Shown: positions 14,643 to 21,271 of the stretch, in pieces
Numbering within the stretch: position 1 is the stretch's first letter
Layout: every line of letters starts with the position of its first letter
NCBI GenBank assembly: GCA_041657425.1
Contig: JBBABY010000003.1
Location: 30,001-62,000, forward strand
Length of the DNA stretch: 32,000 nucleotides
Source: an archaeon
Lineage (GTDB): Archaea; Iainarchaeota; Iainarchaeia; Iainarchaeales; CSSED10-239
Direction: 5' to 3'
Translations under genes and position numbers: made by a program
The notes under the pieces: model-generated
What the model was told of the DNA's origin: nothing
Database searches by the model: none
The model's input: only the letters and a program-made list of their open reading frames with translations

Positions 14643-14983
14643 TTCCTTCTCCTAAAGTATACAATGTTATTTATTGATCCTATTCCAAATGCCACCTGCG
14701 TAATTGTGTTAGGTAATTTGGAGAACACTGTTTTAAACGTCTTCAAATCCATGTAAGTTCCATCACACGTATTTGACTTATAGCAGAATTTGCATCCGTG
14801 GTTACAGATTGTTGAAATTTCAATATCTGCGATTTCGGGTGAAGGCGCGCATTCGGGGTCGTCATCAAATGTTGCGCCCCACCGTGAAAATGCGCCGTTG
14901 ATTTTATTGAAGATGAAATTGTAATTCGGAGAGATCGCTGATTTTGTTGTTGATGTGTCGATTACTTGCATATTACTCACCAT
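14639..14983 (-). CDS. radical SAM enzyme, N-terminal fragment with the CxxxCxxC cluster motif
   Basis: DIEISTICNHGCKFCY is present. It ends shortly after QVAFGIG, where the GGE-type SAM motif region is expected. Confidence 0.85.
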   Translation of the reverse strand: MVSNMQVIDTSTTKSAISPNYNFIFNKINGAFSRWGATFDDDPECAPSPEIADIEISTICNHGCKFCYKSNTCDGTYMDLKTFKTVFSKLPNTITQVAFGIGSINNIVYFRRRK

Positions 14984-15185
14984 CCATCTCCCCCTTTGCT
15001 TCCTCTTCCTTCTTTATCTCTTTCACAAAGTAATCACGCAGCGTCTTTGTGAAATCATAATCGGCAACCATTAGATCGATTGATTTGATGAAGTCAATGA
15101 TAGATTGATCATCGAGGACGCAGATTTCTTCTACGAGGTCGTCAAGGGCAATTTCGCTGTGGATTGAGAGTTTTTGAATGGGCAT
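14973..15185 (-). CDS. small acidic protein (70 aa)
   Basis: The internal ATG (MPIQKLSIHSEIALDDLVEE...) lies 3 nt after the upstream stop. The product is D/E-rich. Confidence 0.5.
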   Translation of the reverse strand: MPIQKLSIHSEIALDDLVEEICVLDDQSIIDFIKSIDLMVADYDFTKTLRDYFVKEIKKEEEAKGEMDGE

Positions 15186-15187
15186 GG

Positions 15188-15430
15188 TTAATCGCCTTTC
15201 CTCCACAACTCATATTTATCATATTCATCATCTACTACTTCCTCAATTTCCTCTATGGGAAGTTCTCTCGAAGGAGTAATTACAACTTCAAATACAGAAA
15301 ACTCTTCTTCCGGAGCATCCTGATATTTCTTTTTACACCATTCGTTACAAATTTCACTCTTGCTCCCATATCGGACTGGAATGTTCGATCCTTTCCTTGC
15401 AAGAACATATTTTGTGTCTTTCGTGCTCAT
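15188..15430 (-). CDS. hypothetical acidic protein
   Basis: 80-aa ORF. It is the first gene downstream of the class-1 promoter motif at 15458..15491, with GGTGAAAAG upstream. Confidence 0.55.
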   Translation of the reverse strand: MSTKDTKYVLARKGSNIPVRYGSKSEICNEWCKKKYQDAPEEEFSVFEVVITPSRELPIEEIEEVVDDEYDKYELWRKGD

Positions 15431-15457
15431 TTCTTTTCACCAACTTTTTGTTATACA

Positions 15458-15491
15458 CTACTACGCGTTCTGATAATATAAATGTTTCTAC
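15458..15491 (-). promoter_or_regulatory. class-1 promoter motif (minus-strand reading GTAGAAACATTTATATTATCAGAACGCGTAGTAG)
   Basis: It aligns over about 34 nt with 16081..16114 and partly with 17901..17930. It contains TATA box TTTATATT followed by an ACGCGT-containing block. ATG 15430 is about 28 nt downstream. Confidence 0.45.
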
Positions 15492-15646
15492 TTGCTTCTC
15501 CAATCGTGATCCAAGTAGGATTCGGGAACCCAGATTTTGCTTCCATCGGGAAGTTCTAACTGCACATCACCGAAAAATATGTTGAGCATTTTAGCGGGGT
15601 TGCCGTTGTCGTAGGTGACGGGGATGAAGTTTGTTTCTGTGGTCAT
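15488..15646 (-). CDS. possible 52-aa ORF
   Basis: MTTETNFIPVTYDNGNPAKMLNIFFGDVQLELPDGSKIWVPESYLDHDWRSK. Its ATG is adjacent to the stop of 15647..16057. It is below the ORF-track cutoff. Confidence 0.35.
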   Translation of the reverse strand: MTTETNFIPVTYDNGNPAKMLNIFFGDVQLELPDGSKIWVPESYLDHDWRSK

Positions 15647-16057
15647 TTACACCCACTTTCGTAATGTTGTTCTAGCCATTACTTTCCCATCTTCTGTGTA
15701 GAATGACCCGCGAGAACCGAAGTGTGTATCTGGAATCCATCCATCTGGGCAAATATTACGAACCATTTTCCCAGCGAGTTGTTCCAATCCGCTATCATAA
15801 GTATGTACTCCCACCGGTAGTTCAAAAGTGAATGGGCGCAGTTCCATTTTCTTACCAACACGATCAAGATTCTGCACCTTTGCAGTTTGAACTTCGGTAT
15901 TACATAATCTATTCATCGTAGCATTGACGAATTGTTCTCTCGTCATTGTCATCTGAAGAAACTTGGTGCTAGATGATTTATCTTCTACGGTGATATTGAT
16001 CACATCATCGTATCCAGCGATAATACTTATCTGTGCTTCAATACTTTTTGTTTCCAT
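15647..16057 (-). CDS. hypothetical protein (136 aa)
   Basis: A long ORF with GGTGAAAG upstream. It is the first gene after the class-1 promoter motif at 16081..16114. Confidence 0.65.
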   Translation of the reverse strand: METKSIEAQISIIAGYDDVINITVEDKSSSTKFLQMTMTREQFVNATMNRLCNTEVQTAKVQNLDRVGKKMELRPFTFELPVGVHTYDSGLEQLAGKMVRNICPDGWIPDTHFGSRGSFYTEDGKVMARTTLRKWV

Positions 16058-16080
16058 CGTCTTTCACCTTTTGTTAAAAC

Positions 16081-16114
16081 ATACTACGCGTCCTATCAAT
16101 ATAAACATATCTAC
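16081..16114 (-). promoter_or_regulatory. class-1 promoter motif (minus-strand reading GTAGATATGTTTATATTGATAGGACGCGTAGTAT)
   Basis: See 15458..15491. It sits in the divergent intergenic region 16058-16155. Confidence 0.45.
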
Positions 16115-16144
16115 GAAACATTTATAAGTAAATACCAACTAATA
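16115..16144 (+). promoter_or_regulatory. class-2 promoter motif GAAACATTTATAAGTAAATACCAACTAATA
   Basis: Near-identical to 7675..7707. The TATA box TTTATAA lies about 28 nt upstream of ATG 16156. Confidence 0.4.
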
Positions 16145-16155
16145 GAAACATTAAT

Positions 16156-16470
16156 ATGTCAAAAGATTTTTACAACGATTCTGTTATCCAGTTGAAGAAG
16201 CCAATCAATATAACTATTCCGGATAAACATGCAATATCAACTTTACGAAGTGCGGCCCGTTTGGAGATCGAATATAGTCAAAGTGCTTATAATGAGTACT
16301 TATCAGAAAAAAATCGAGCTTTGAAACTTCCTAAAGGCGATTCCCTCCGCAACGAACTCCTATGGGATTCCCGCGTGGCTCTGGATTTCTATAAGATTCG
16401 CAAGGCGCGCGCATCCAAGATGTTGGTGGAAGCGGAGAAATTAGAAAAATCGTTAAGAGGTAATAAGTAA
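16156..16470 (+). CDS. hypothetical helical protein
   Basis: 104-aa ORF. Its stop overlaps the next ATG (TAATG). Confidence 0.65.
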   Translation: MSKDFYNDSVIQLKKPINITIPDKHAISTLRSAARLEIEYSQSAYNEYLSEKNRALKLPKGDSLRNELLWDSRVALDFYKIRKARASKMLVEAEKLEKSLRGNK

Positions 16471-17030
16471 TGGTAGATAATATTACTGCTATCGTTGGTG
16501 ATATCAACAATACAATAAGTGGATCTTTGAATATTAGTGGTGGTTATCCTTCTTTAAACAGTGGGGTTTATCCGTCATTTGACAATATTAATCAAACTGT
16601 TATTTTAAATCAAACATATTTGAGTGGCCAGCAAGGAGCAATCCCGATGCCCATGTTCCTTTTACTTGCTGGAGTTGCATTTATACTTTTAATCCTTGCT
16701 TTTAAAGAACCATTACGTATTGAAGGTAATATTAATGTATCAAAAGTTGGTTTGTCGCTTTGTGGTACTATAATGGGTATCGCTGGAGCACTTACTTCAT
16801 TTACAATTGTGGAAAACATGGGGTCTTCAGTAGCGACATATGGGACTTATACTGTAAGCATTTCATCATATATTATATGGAATTCGGTGTATTTCACGGG
16901 GGCTTTAATTACGTCAAGTGTATTATGTTTTGTAATGCTGGTATATACTTTAATTCAACCCGAAACACTTACGACACCAGAAAAACGAGACTATAAAAGC
17001 AATGTTACTGGAGATGGCGATAAGAAATGA
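16470..17030 (+). CDS. multi-pass membrane protein with sequon-rich N-terminal segment
   Basis: 186 aa with about 4 hydrophobic helices. There are 7 N-x-S/T sequons, 5 of them in the first 50 residues (NIT, NNT, NIS, NQT, NQT). Confidence 0.7.
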   Translation: MVDNITAIVGDINNTISGSLNISGGYPSLNSGVYPSFDNINQTVILNQTYLSGQQGAIPMPMFLLLAGVAFILLILAFKEPLRIEGNINVSKVGLSLCGTIMGIAGALTSFTIVENMGSSVATYGTYTVSISSYIIWNSVYFTGALITSSVLCFVMLVYTLIQPETLTTPEKRDYKSNVTGDGDKK

Positions 17031-17404
17031 AAATTTTTGAAATGTTTATAATTGTTGTAATAATCGCTGTTGGGATGTTTGGTCTTATTTATATTGGGGG
17101 TAATACAACGACTTCTCCTCTTAATGTTACAAGCACATTTGGGGAGAAGGCAATTCAGCCTCAAATATTAGTGGTAAATACAACAAACACTACGAATCCG
17201 GGTGCCCCGATTACTTTTGCAAACATCAGTGCAGAGAATAACACAAATACATCTTATAGTAATGTACAACTCATTGCCAATGCTGAAACACAAGGTGCTG
17301 GTGCAGGGATTATTATAGTTGCTGCCTGTGTAGTAATATTGTTGATATTTGCAGCAGTTGTAACAATGCGCGGTCAATATGGTCGTGGAAAATACAGGAC
17401 GTGA
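17027..17404 (+). CDS. bitopic membrane protein with sequon-dense ectodomain
   Basis: N- and C-terminal TM helices flank a roughly 55-aa segment. This segment carries 7 sequons (NTT, NVT, NTT, NTT, NIS, NNT, NTS). It makes an ATGA overlap upstream. Confidence 0.7.
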   Translation: MKIFEMFIIVVIIAVGMFGLIYIGGNTTTSPLNVTSTFGEKAIQPQILVVNTTNTTNPGAPITFANISAENNTNTSYSNVQLIANAETQGAGAGIIIVAACVVILLIFAAVVTMRGQYGRGKYRT

Positions 17405-17407
17405 AAA

Positions 17408-17698
17408 ATGAAAAAAATGTTAATGATATTGGTAATAATGGGTTTATTGGTTTGTAGTGTTAATGCATGGACGATAGAAGATAAAGAAAATCGTGTATCA
17501 GGTACAGTTGATTTCTATGGTGATGGACATGGAATTCTAAATGTAACCGGGTATCCAGTTATTGATTTCTCGTGGTATCAAAGTGGTGATATAATAAGAG
17601 CGAACTATCTATTTTACGGGATAGATGTTTATTATAATGCAATTACGGATGAGTTGTATAGTCCGGAAATTGCGAATGTGACTTTAAAAAGAGATTAG
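17408..17698 (+). CDS. secreted or membrane-anchored small protein
   Basis: Signal-peptide-like N-terminus MKKMLMILVIMGLLVCSVNA. Sequons NVT x2. Confidence 0.65.
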   Translation: MKKMLMILVIMGLLVCSVNAWTIEDKENRVSGTVDFYGDGHGILNVTGYPVIDFSWYQSGDIIRANYLFYGIDVYYNAITDELYSPEIANVTLKRD

Positions 17699-17832
17699 AA
17701 TTCCGGATAAACCATCCGAACCTTATCCATTTTCTCACTATATTCACGGAATACCCCCGAGCATTTCTTTGCATGTTTGTTCATACATTCATAGACTTCA
17801 TTCATTGATTCTGTTGCTTTTTTGTAAGACAT
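17695..17832 (-). CDS. possible 45-aa ORF
   Basis: MSYKKATESMNEVYECMNKHAKKCSGVFREYSEKMDKVRMVYPEF lies downstream of the class-1-like motif at 17901..17930. It is below the ORF-track cutoff. Confidence 0.3.
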   Translation of the reverse strand: MSYKKATESMNEVYECMNKHAKKCSGVFREYSEKMDKVRMVYPEF

Positions 17833-17900
17833 CTCTTTACTTTCCTAGGGACTTCACTTGTCCCCAAATACAATGGGCACGATTAGTATTTATACCTTTT

Positions 17901-17930
17901 GAATACGCGTTCTGGTATAAGTATCTATAC
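17901..17930 (-). promoter_or_regulatory. class-1-like promoter motif (plus-strand GAATACGCGTTCTGGTATAAGTATCTATAC)
   Basis: It shares TACGCGTTCTG and ATAA..T.TCTA with motifs 15458..15491 and 16081..16114. Confidence 0.35.
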
Positions 17931-17966
17931 CAAATGCTTTTATAGAATGGGAACATATTTTATACT

Positions 17967-18206
17967 ATGGTTATATCGATTTTTTCTAAAGAGGAAGAAA
18001 CCACAATGCGTTTCCAGTTAATTTTCGGTTTGGTCGGATTAGCGGTGGCAATGGTCGGATTTTGGGGAGCATCACAATTTAATACTGTGGATTTAAGATA
18101 TGGTTTTCTTTTTGCATGTGTGTTAGTGGCGATTACTTGGCTGAAAGAGTCTTTGTTTATGCTTGCTGACGTAGCAATAAACATTATGAAGAATCGTGAG
18201 AATTAA
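17967..18206 (+). CDS. small membrane protein
   Basis: 79-aa ORF with 2 TM helices. TTTTATAG lies about 21 nt upstream of the ATG, suggesting a possibly leaderless transcript. Confidence 0.55.
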   Translation: MVISIFSKEEETTMRFQLIFGLVGLAVAMVGFWGASQFNTVDLRYGFLFACVLVAITWLKESLFMLADVAINIMKNREN

Positions 18207-18249
18207 TAACCACAACTCTTTTATACAAACACGTCCTATACACTACTAT

Positions 18250-18555
18250 ATGCCAGAAATCATTGGACGATTTACAATCTGTAATGGGGAGATAGATACC
18301 CCACCCGGTTTTGAAGGAGAATATATTCTTGAAACCACAAAGAATGGTTCTTTTATTTACCGACCTGTCAAAGAGATTATTGAAAATGGGGTATCCTTTG
18401 TTGTTTGGGATGACATTAATCCAGATGTAACAGCATCATTCTTAAGTGAAGCACAAGCGGTTGATTATAAGAATAAGATGGAGAAGTTCTTTAAGAAACC
18501 ATTCCATATGAAGAAGATGTTTCCAAGCGCGGAGAAGAATGGGAAGTTAGTATGA
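18250..18555 (+). CDS. hypothetical protein (101 aa from ATG; ORF opens at GTG 18196)
   Basis: ATG 18250 (MPEIIGRF...) is preceded by TTTTATAC about 23 nt upstream. The GTG start at 18196 would overlap the previous gene. Confidence 0.55.
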   Translation: MPEIIGRFTICNGEIDTPPGFEGEYILETTKNGSFIYRPVKEIIENGVSFVVWDDINPDVTASFLSEAQAVDYKNKMEKFFKKPFHMKKMFPSAEKNGKLV

Positions 18556-18848
18556 TCATCGTTGCCAACATCGGCTATCTCCCGGGCATCGTTCTCAAAG
18601 AACTATCCGCCGGTCGTAAATGCGAAATTATTGGCGGCGTTTGTCTTTCTATTGATAACCACGAAGATTACGACCGTAAGAAAGATAAACTTGTTGGAAA
18701 GTTCGGTGAAGTTGTCGCGCGCAAATCTAATGGTGTTGTTTTAATTGCCACGCGTTCACCACCACCGTGGGCAGAGAAAAAGATTGATGAAGTTATATGG
18801 GATTGCGAGGAGATGTTAAGATGGGACGTGCCAAAAGAACAGAGATAA
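18552..18848 (+). CDS. hypothetical protein
   Basis: 98-aa ORF with an ATGA overlap with the upstream gene. Confidence 0.6.
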   Translation: MIIVANIGYLPGIVLKELSAGRKCEIIGGVCLSIDNHEDYDRKKDKLVGKFGEVVARKSNGVVLIATRSPPPWAEKKIDEVIWDCEEMLRWDVPKEQR

Positions 18849-19285
18849 GCCAATTGCCGGTTGAAGAAAAACAACCTGTTAAAGATTTACCATTAGAAAC
18901 GTGTAGTATGTTCATGGAGAAATGTAAACATTGCTCACGCGAACACGCATTTAGACCCTACACTAAAATCGTGAAAGACACGACGGGTTTGTTTAAACCT
19001 GTGGGCATCGGCAATATGAACGTGGATTTGGGTCTCTACTGCAACGATGCTGGTGAGTGGGTAGATCGGATGTCATTTTGTCCAGTTAAATGGGATAAGG
19101 CAAATTATGCTGATGTGATGAAGGAGTATAATGCGAAACAAGAGAAAGAGCGCGTGAAGGAAGAGAGGAAGAAAGCGAGGGAAAAAGCAAAGAAAGTGGT
19201 GATAAAGAAGATTATTAAAAAACCGGTGAAGAAAGTTGTTGCAAAGAAGAAACCTGTGAAGGGTGTGACGAAACGAAAACTTTAA
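18821..19285 (+). CDS. Cys-containing protein with Lys-rich basic tail
   Basis: ATG 18821 has GAGGAG 8 nt upstream (the ORF opens at 18797). The tail is KEERKKAREKAKKVVIKKIIKKPVKKVVAKKKPVKGVTKRKL. Confidence 0.6.
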   Translation: MGRAKRTEISQLPVEEKQPVKDLPLETCSMFMEKCKHCSREHAFRPYTKIVKDTTGLFKPVGIGNMNVDLGLYCNDAGEWVDRMSFCPVKWDKANYADVMKEYNAKQEKERVKEERKKAREKAKKVVIKKIIKKPVKKVVAKKKPVKGVTKRKL

Positions 19286-19386
19286 ATAAAGCAATCCTTC
19301 TTATATTTATAGTTGTTGGTGCTTTACTTCGTGTTTATAATATTGGGTTTCAAAATTTTTGGACGGAAGAAGAGTATAGTTTAAAT

Positions 19387-20331
19387 ATGAGTAGTTTACC
19401 AATTGTTGATTTAGTATTTAAATCTTTCGTAACGGATTTCAACCCACCCCTTTATTATATATTTGCCCACTTGTCATTACTATTAACGAATGGATATGAC
19501 GTGGCAATTCGTTACCCGTCGATAATCTGTGGAATTTTATTAATTCCCACAATGTTCTATTTGGGGAAACAATATAAAGATGAATTAACCGGACTGTATT
19601 GTGCAGGAATAACCACAATATTAGTTCCCACGATTTATTATTCTCAATTCGGGCGCGCATACGCGATGTCTTTATTATGCTTTGCGGTCGCGCTTATTCT
19701 ATATCTGCGGATAAAAGATGATGATAACCACACCGATACCCGTGTTCTTTTCTGGATCATGGTAGTAGTTAATTTATACGTTCACTTGTTTGCTTTAACC
19801 CCACTATCTTTGATGTGCCTAGACTTGTTGTCATTTAACAAAAAAAACTGGTTGTGTGGAATTGGTGCAACAATATGTAGTTTGCCCCTTGTAGGTATGC
19901 TAGTGAGCGTTTTAAGCACACGGACGCACGCTGCGTTTAATTATGGCGCGTCAATGATCCAAATGGTAGTGTTGACACCAATGGAATTTTTTAACACACT
20001 ATTTTTAAATATTATTTTGTTAGCAGGTGTAGGCGCGTGGTTATATAAAAGCAAAGTAAAATGGAACTTGATAATAATAACAGTGATTACGCTAATTGTA
20101 GGGGTTGTGGCGTCTGCTTACACGCCATTCTTCCCGAGATATTATATGACGGTTTCGCTGATCATTATATTAATGGCATCTGTGGGCATTGTTTCACTAA
20201 CCGAAATACTTAATAAAAAAGTAGGTAAAAATTTGGATTACGTTATTTTAGTTATGATATTTATTGTATTTATATGGATGGAATGGCCGAATCTGGTGAG
20301 TCATTATTTTGTTCAACAATATGTCGATTAA
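19387..20331 (+). CDS. GT-C fold glycosyltransferase (PMT_2 / ArnT-like); conserved N-terminus lies upstream of the first ATG
   Basis: FNPPLYYIF and RYPSIICGILLIP motifs and more than 8 TM helices. In-frame upstream codons 19282-19386 encode TM1 plus the WTEEEY (DE-type loop) but contain no ATG, GTG or TTG. Confidence 0.8.
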   Translation: MSSLPIVDLVFKSFVTDFNPPLYYIFAHLSLLLTNGYDVAIRYPSIICGILLIPTMFYLGKQYKDELTGLYCAGITTILVPTIYYSQFGRAYAMSLLCFAVALILYLRIKDDDNHTDTRVLFWIMVVVNLYVHLFALTPLSLMCLDLLSFNKKNWLCGIGATICSLPLVGMLVSVLSTRTHAAFNYGASMIQMVVLTPMEFFNTLFLNIILLAGVGAWLYKSKVKWNLIIITVITLIVGVVASAYTPFFPRYYMTVSLIIILMASVGIVSLTEILNKKVGKNLDYVILVMIFIVFIWMEWPNLVSHYFVQQYVD

Positions 20332-20767
20332 TAACTTTCATTTCAATTTGAATCAATTTCCATTCTTTATTATTGAATTTCAAAAGAATAGCGTGGTCAT
20401 ATCCTTCAACTGTTGCATCTCGTTTTGCTGCAACAGATTTTTGTCCGTTTATAGTGACATCAATAAGCCACCATCTATCATTTTGCTTTGCAAGATAATC
20501 CCAATATGGTGGGAACGAGCATAAATTATTTAAGTTGTGAATTTCCGAAAACCCCATTCCATGCAAAACAGATTCTGCTTCTTTTTCTGCTGTCCGCCAT
20601 TCCTTTGACATTGCTGATATTTGATTTTCATAGGGGGTGATATCTTTGAGATAAGCAATACATCTCTCTTTTGTTACACCTAGTTCAGATATAATTTGTG
20701 GATATGTTGCTCCACCTTCTCTCATTTCGATCATGCGATTTTTAATTTCTGGTGTAATACGAACCAT
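20270..20767 (-). CDS. HTH protein with possible PD-(D/E)XK-like C-terminal domain
   Basis: The N-terminus is MIEMREGGATYPQIISELGVTKERCIAYL (HTH). The C-terminus AEKEAESVLHGMGF...WWLIDVTINGQK weakly resembles YraN/restriction-endonuclease-like proteins. A TATA box lies about 24 nt upstream of the ATG. Confidence 0.6.
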   Translation of the reverse strand: MVRITPEIKNRMIEMREGGATYPQIISELGVTKERCIAYLKDITPYENQISAMSKEWRTAEKEAESVLHGMGFSEIHNLNNLCSFPPYWDYLAKQNDRWWLIDVTINGQKSVAAKRDATVEGYDHAILLKFNNKEWKLIQIEMKVINRHIVEQNNDSPDSAIPSI

Positions 20768-20867
20768 ACCTAACTATTAGGTTGGGTAAGTATATAAATA
20801 TTTCGGTTTCTTTAATATTGATATAATAATTTTTATAAAAGAGTATTTAAAAGTTTAAATCACATTT

Positions 20868-20874
20868 AAAAAAA
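20868..20874 (-). terminator. T7 run right after the last gene of the long minus-strand operon
   Basis: The minus strand reads ...TAATTACTTTTTTTAAATG immediately after stop 20879-20881. Confidence 0.3.
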
Positions 20875-20878
20875 GTAA

Positions 20879-21049
20879 TTATCTCCTCATCCCTCCTAAC
20901 ATCCCACCAACCAATCCAAGACCTAACCCGAGAACAGCAAGATTTCCAACAGTTCTCATGGTGCTATCTAGACCGTCGCGTTCTCTTACATACACGACGC
21001 GTGTTTTTGGTGTTTGTGGTTTTCGTTTTGTTGTAGTTTTGCGGGGCAT
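20879..21049 (-). CDS. small tail-anchored basic protein (56 aa)
   Basis: The internal ATG has GGAGG about 11 nt upstream. The product is MPRKTTTKRKPQTPKTR...LAVLGLGLGLVGGMLGG. Confidence 0.5.
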   Translation of the reverse strand: MPRKTTTKRKPQTPKTRVVYVRERDGLDSTMRTVGNLAVLGLGLGLVGGMLGGMRR

Positions 21050-21054
21050 GATTA

Positions 21055-21270
21055 TTACTTCCTCCGTTTTGAATGAATTGGTTTTCTCGGTTTCCAACCG
21101 GGTTCCGCCCACGCGGGGTTATGAATCCACACAGATGATTTACCATTTGCAAGTTTCTTTATCTTTACTTCCATTCCATATTTACGCATTAATTCTGCTT
21201 CATCTTTTGCATATGCTAGTGAAATATTTACTTCTCGCGGTTCCCATAATTTACCATCAATCTTCTTCAT
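21055..21270 (-). CDS. small-protein family member p
   Basis: KKIDGKLWEP...YAKDEAELMRKYGMEVKIKK fits the family pattern described in the findings. Confidence 0.6.
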   Translation of the reverse strand: MKKIDGKLWEPREVNISLAYAKDEAELMRKYGMEVKIKKLANGKSSVWIHNPAWAEPGWKPRKPIHSKRRK

Positions 21271-21271
21271 C

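Noticed and set aside
20270-20767. Small terminase subunit or serine recombinase, suggested by the N-terminal HTH
   Set aside because: There is no catalytic Ser motif, no adjacent large terminase, and the gene stands alone with its own promoter. Only a generic call of HTH plus a possible nuclease fold can be supported.
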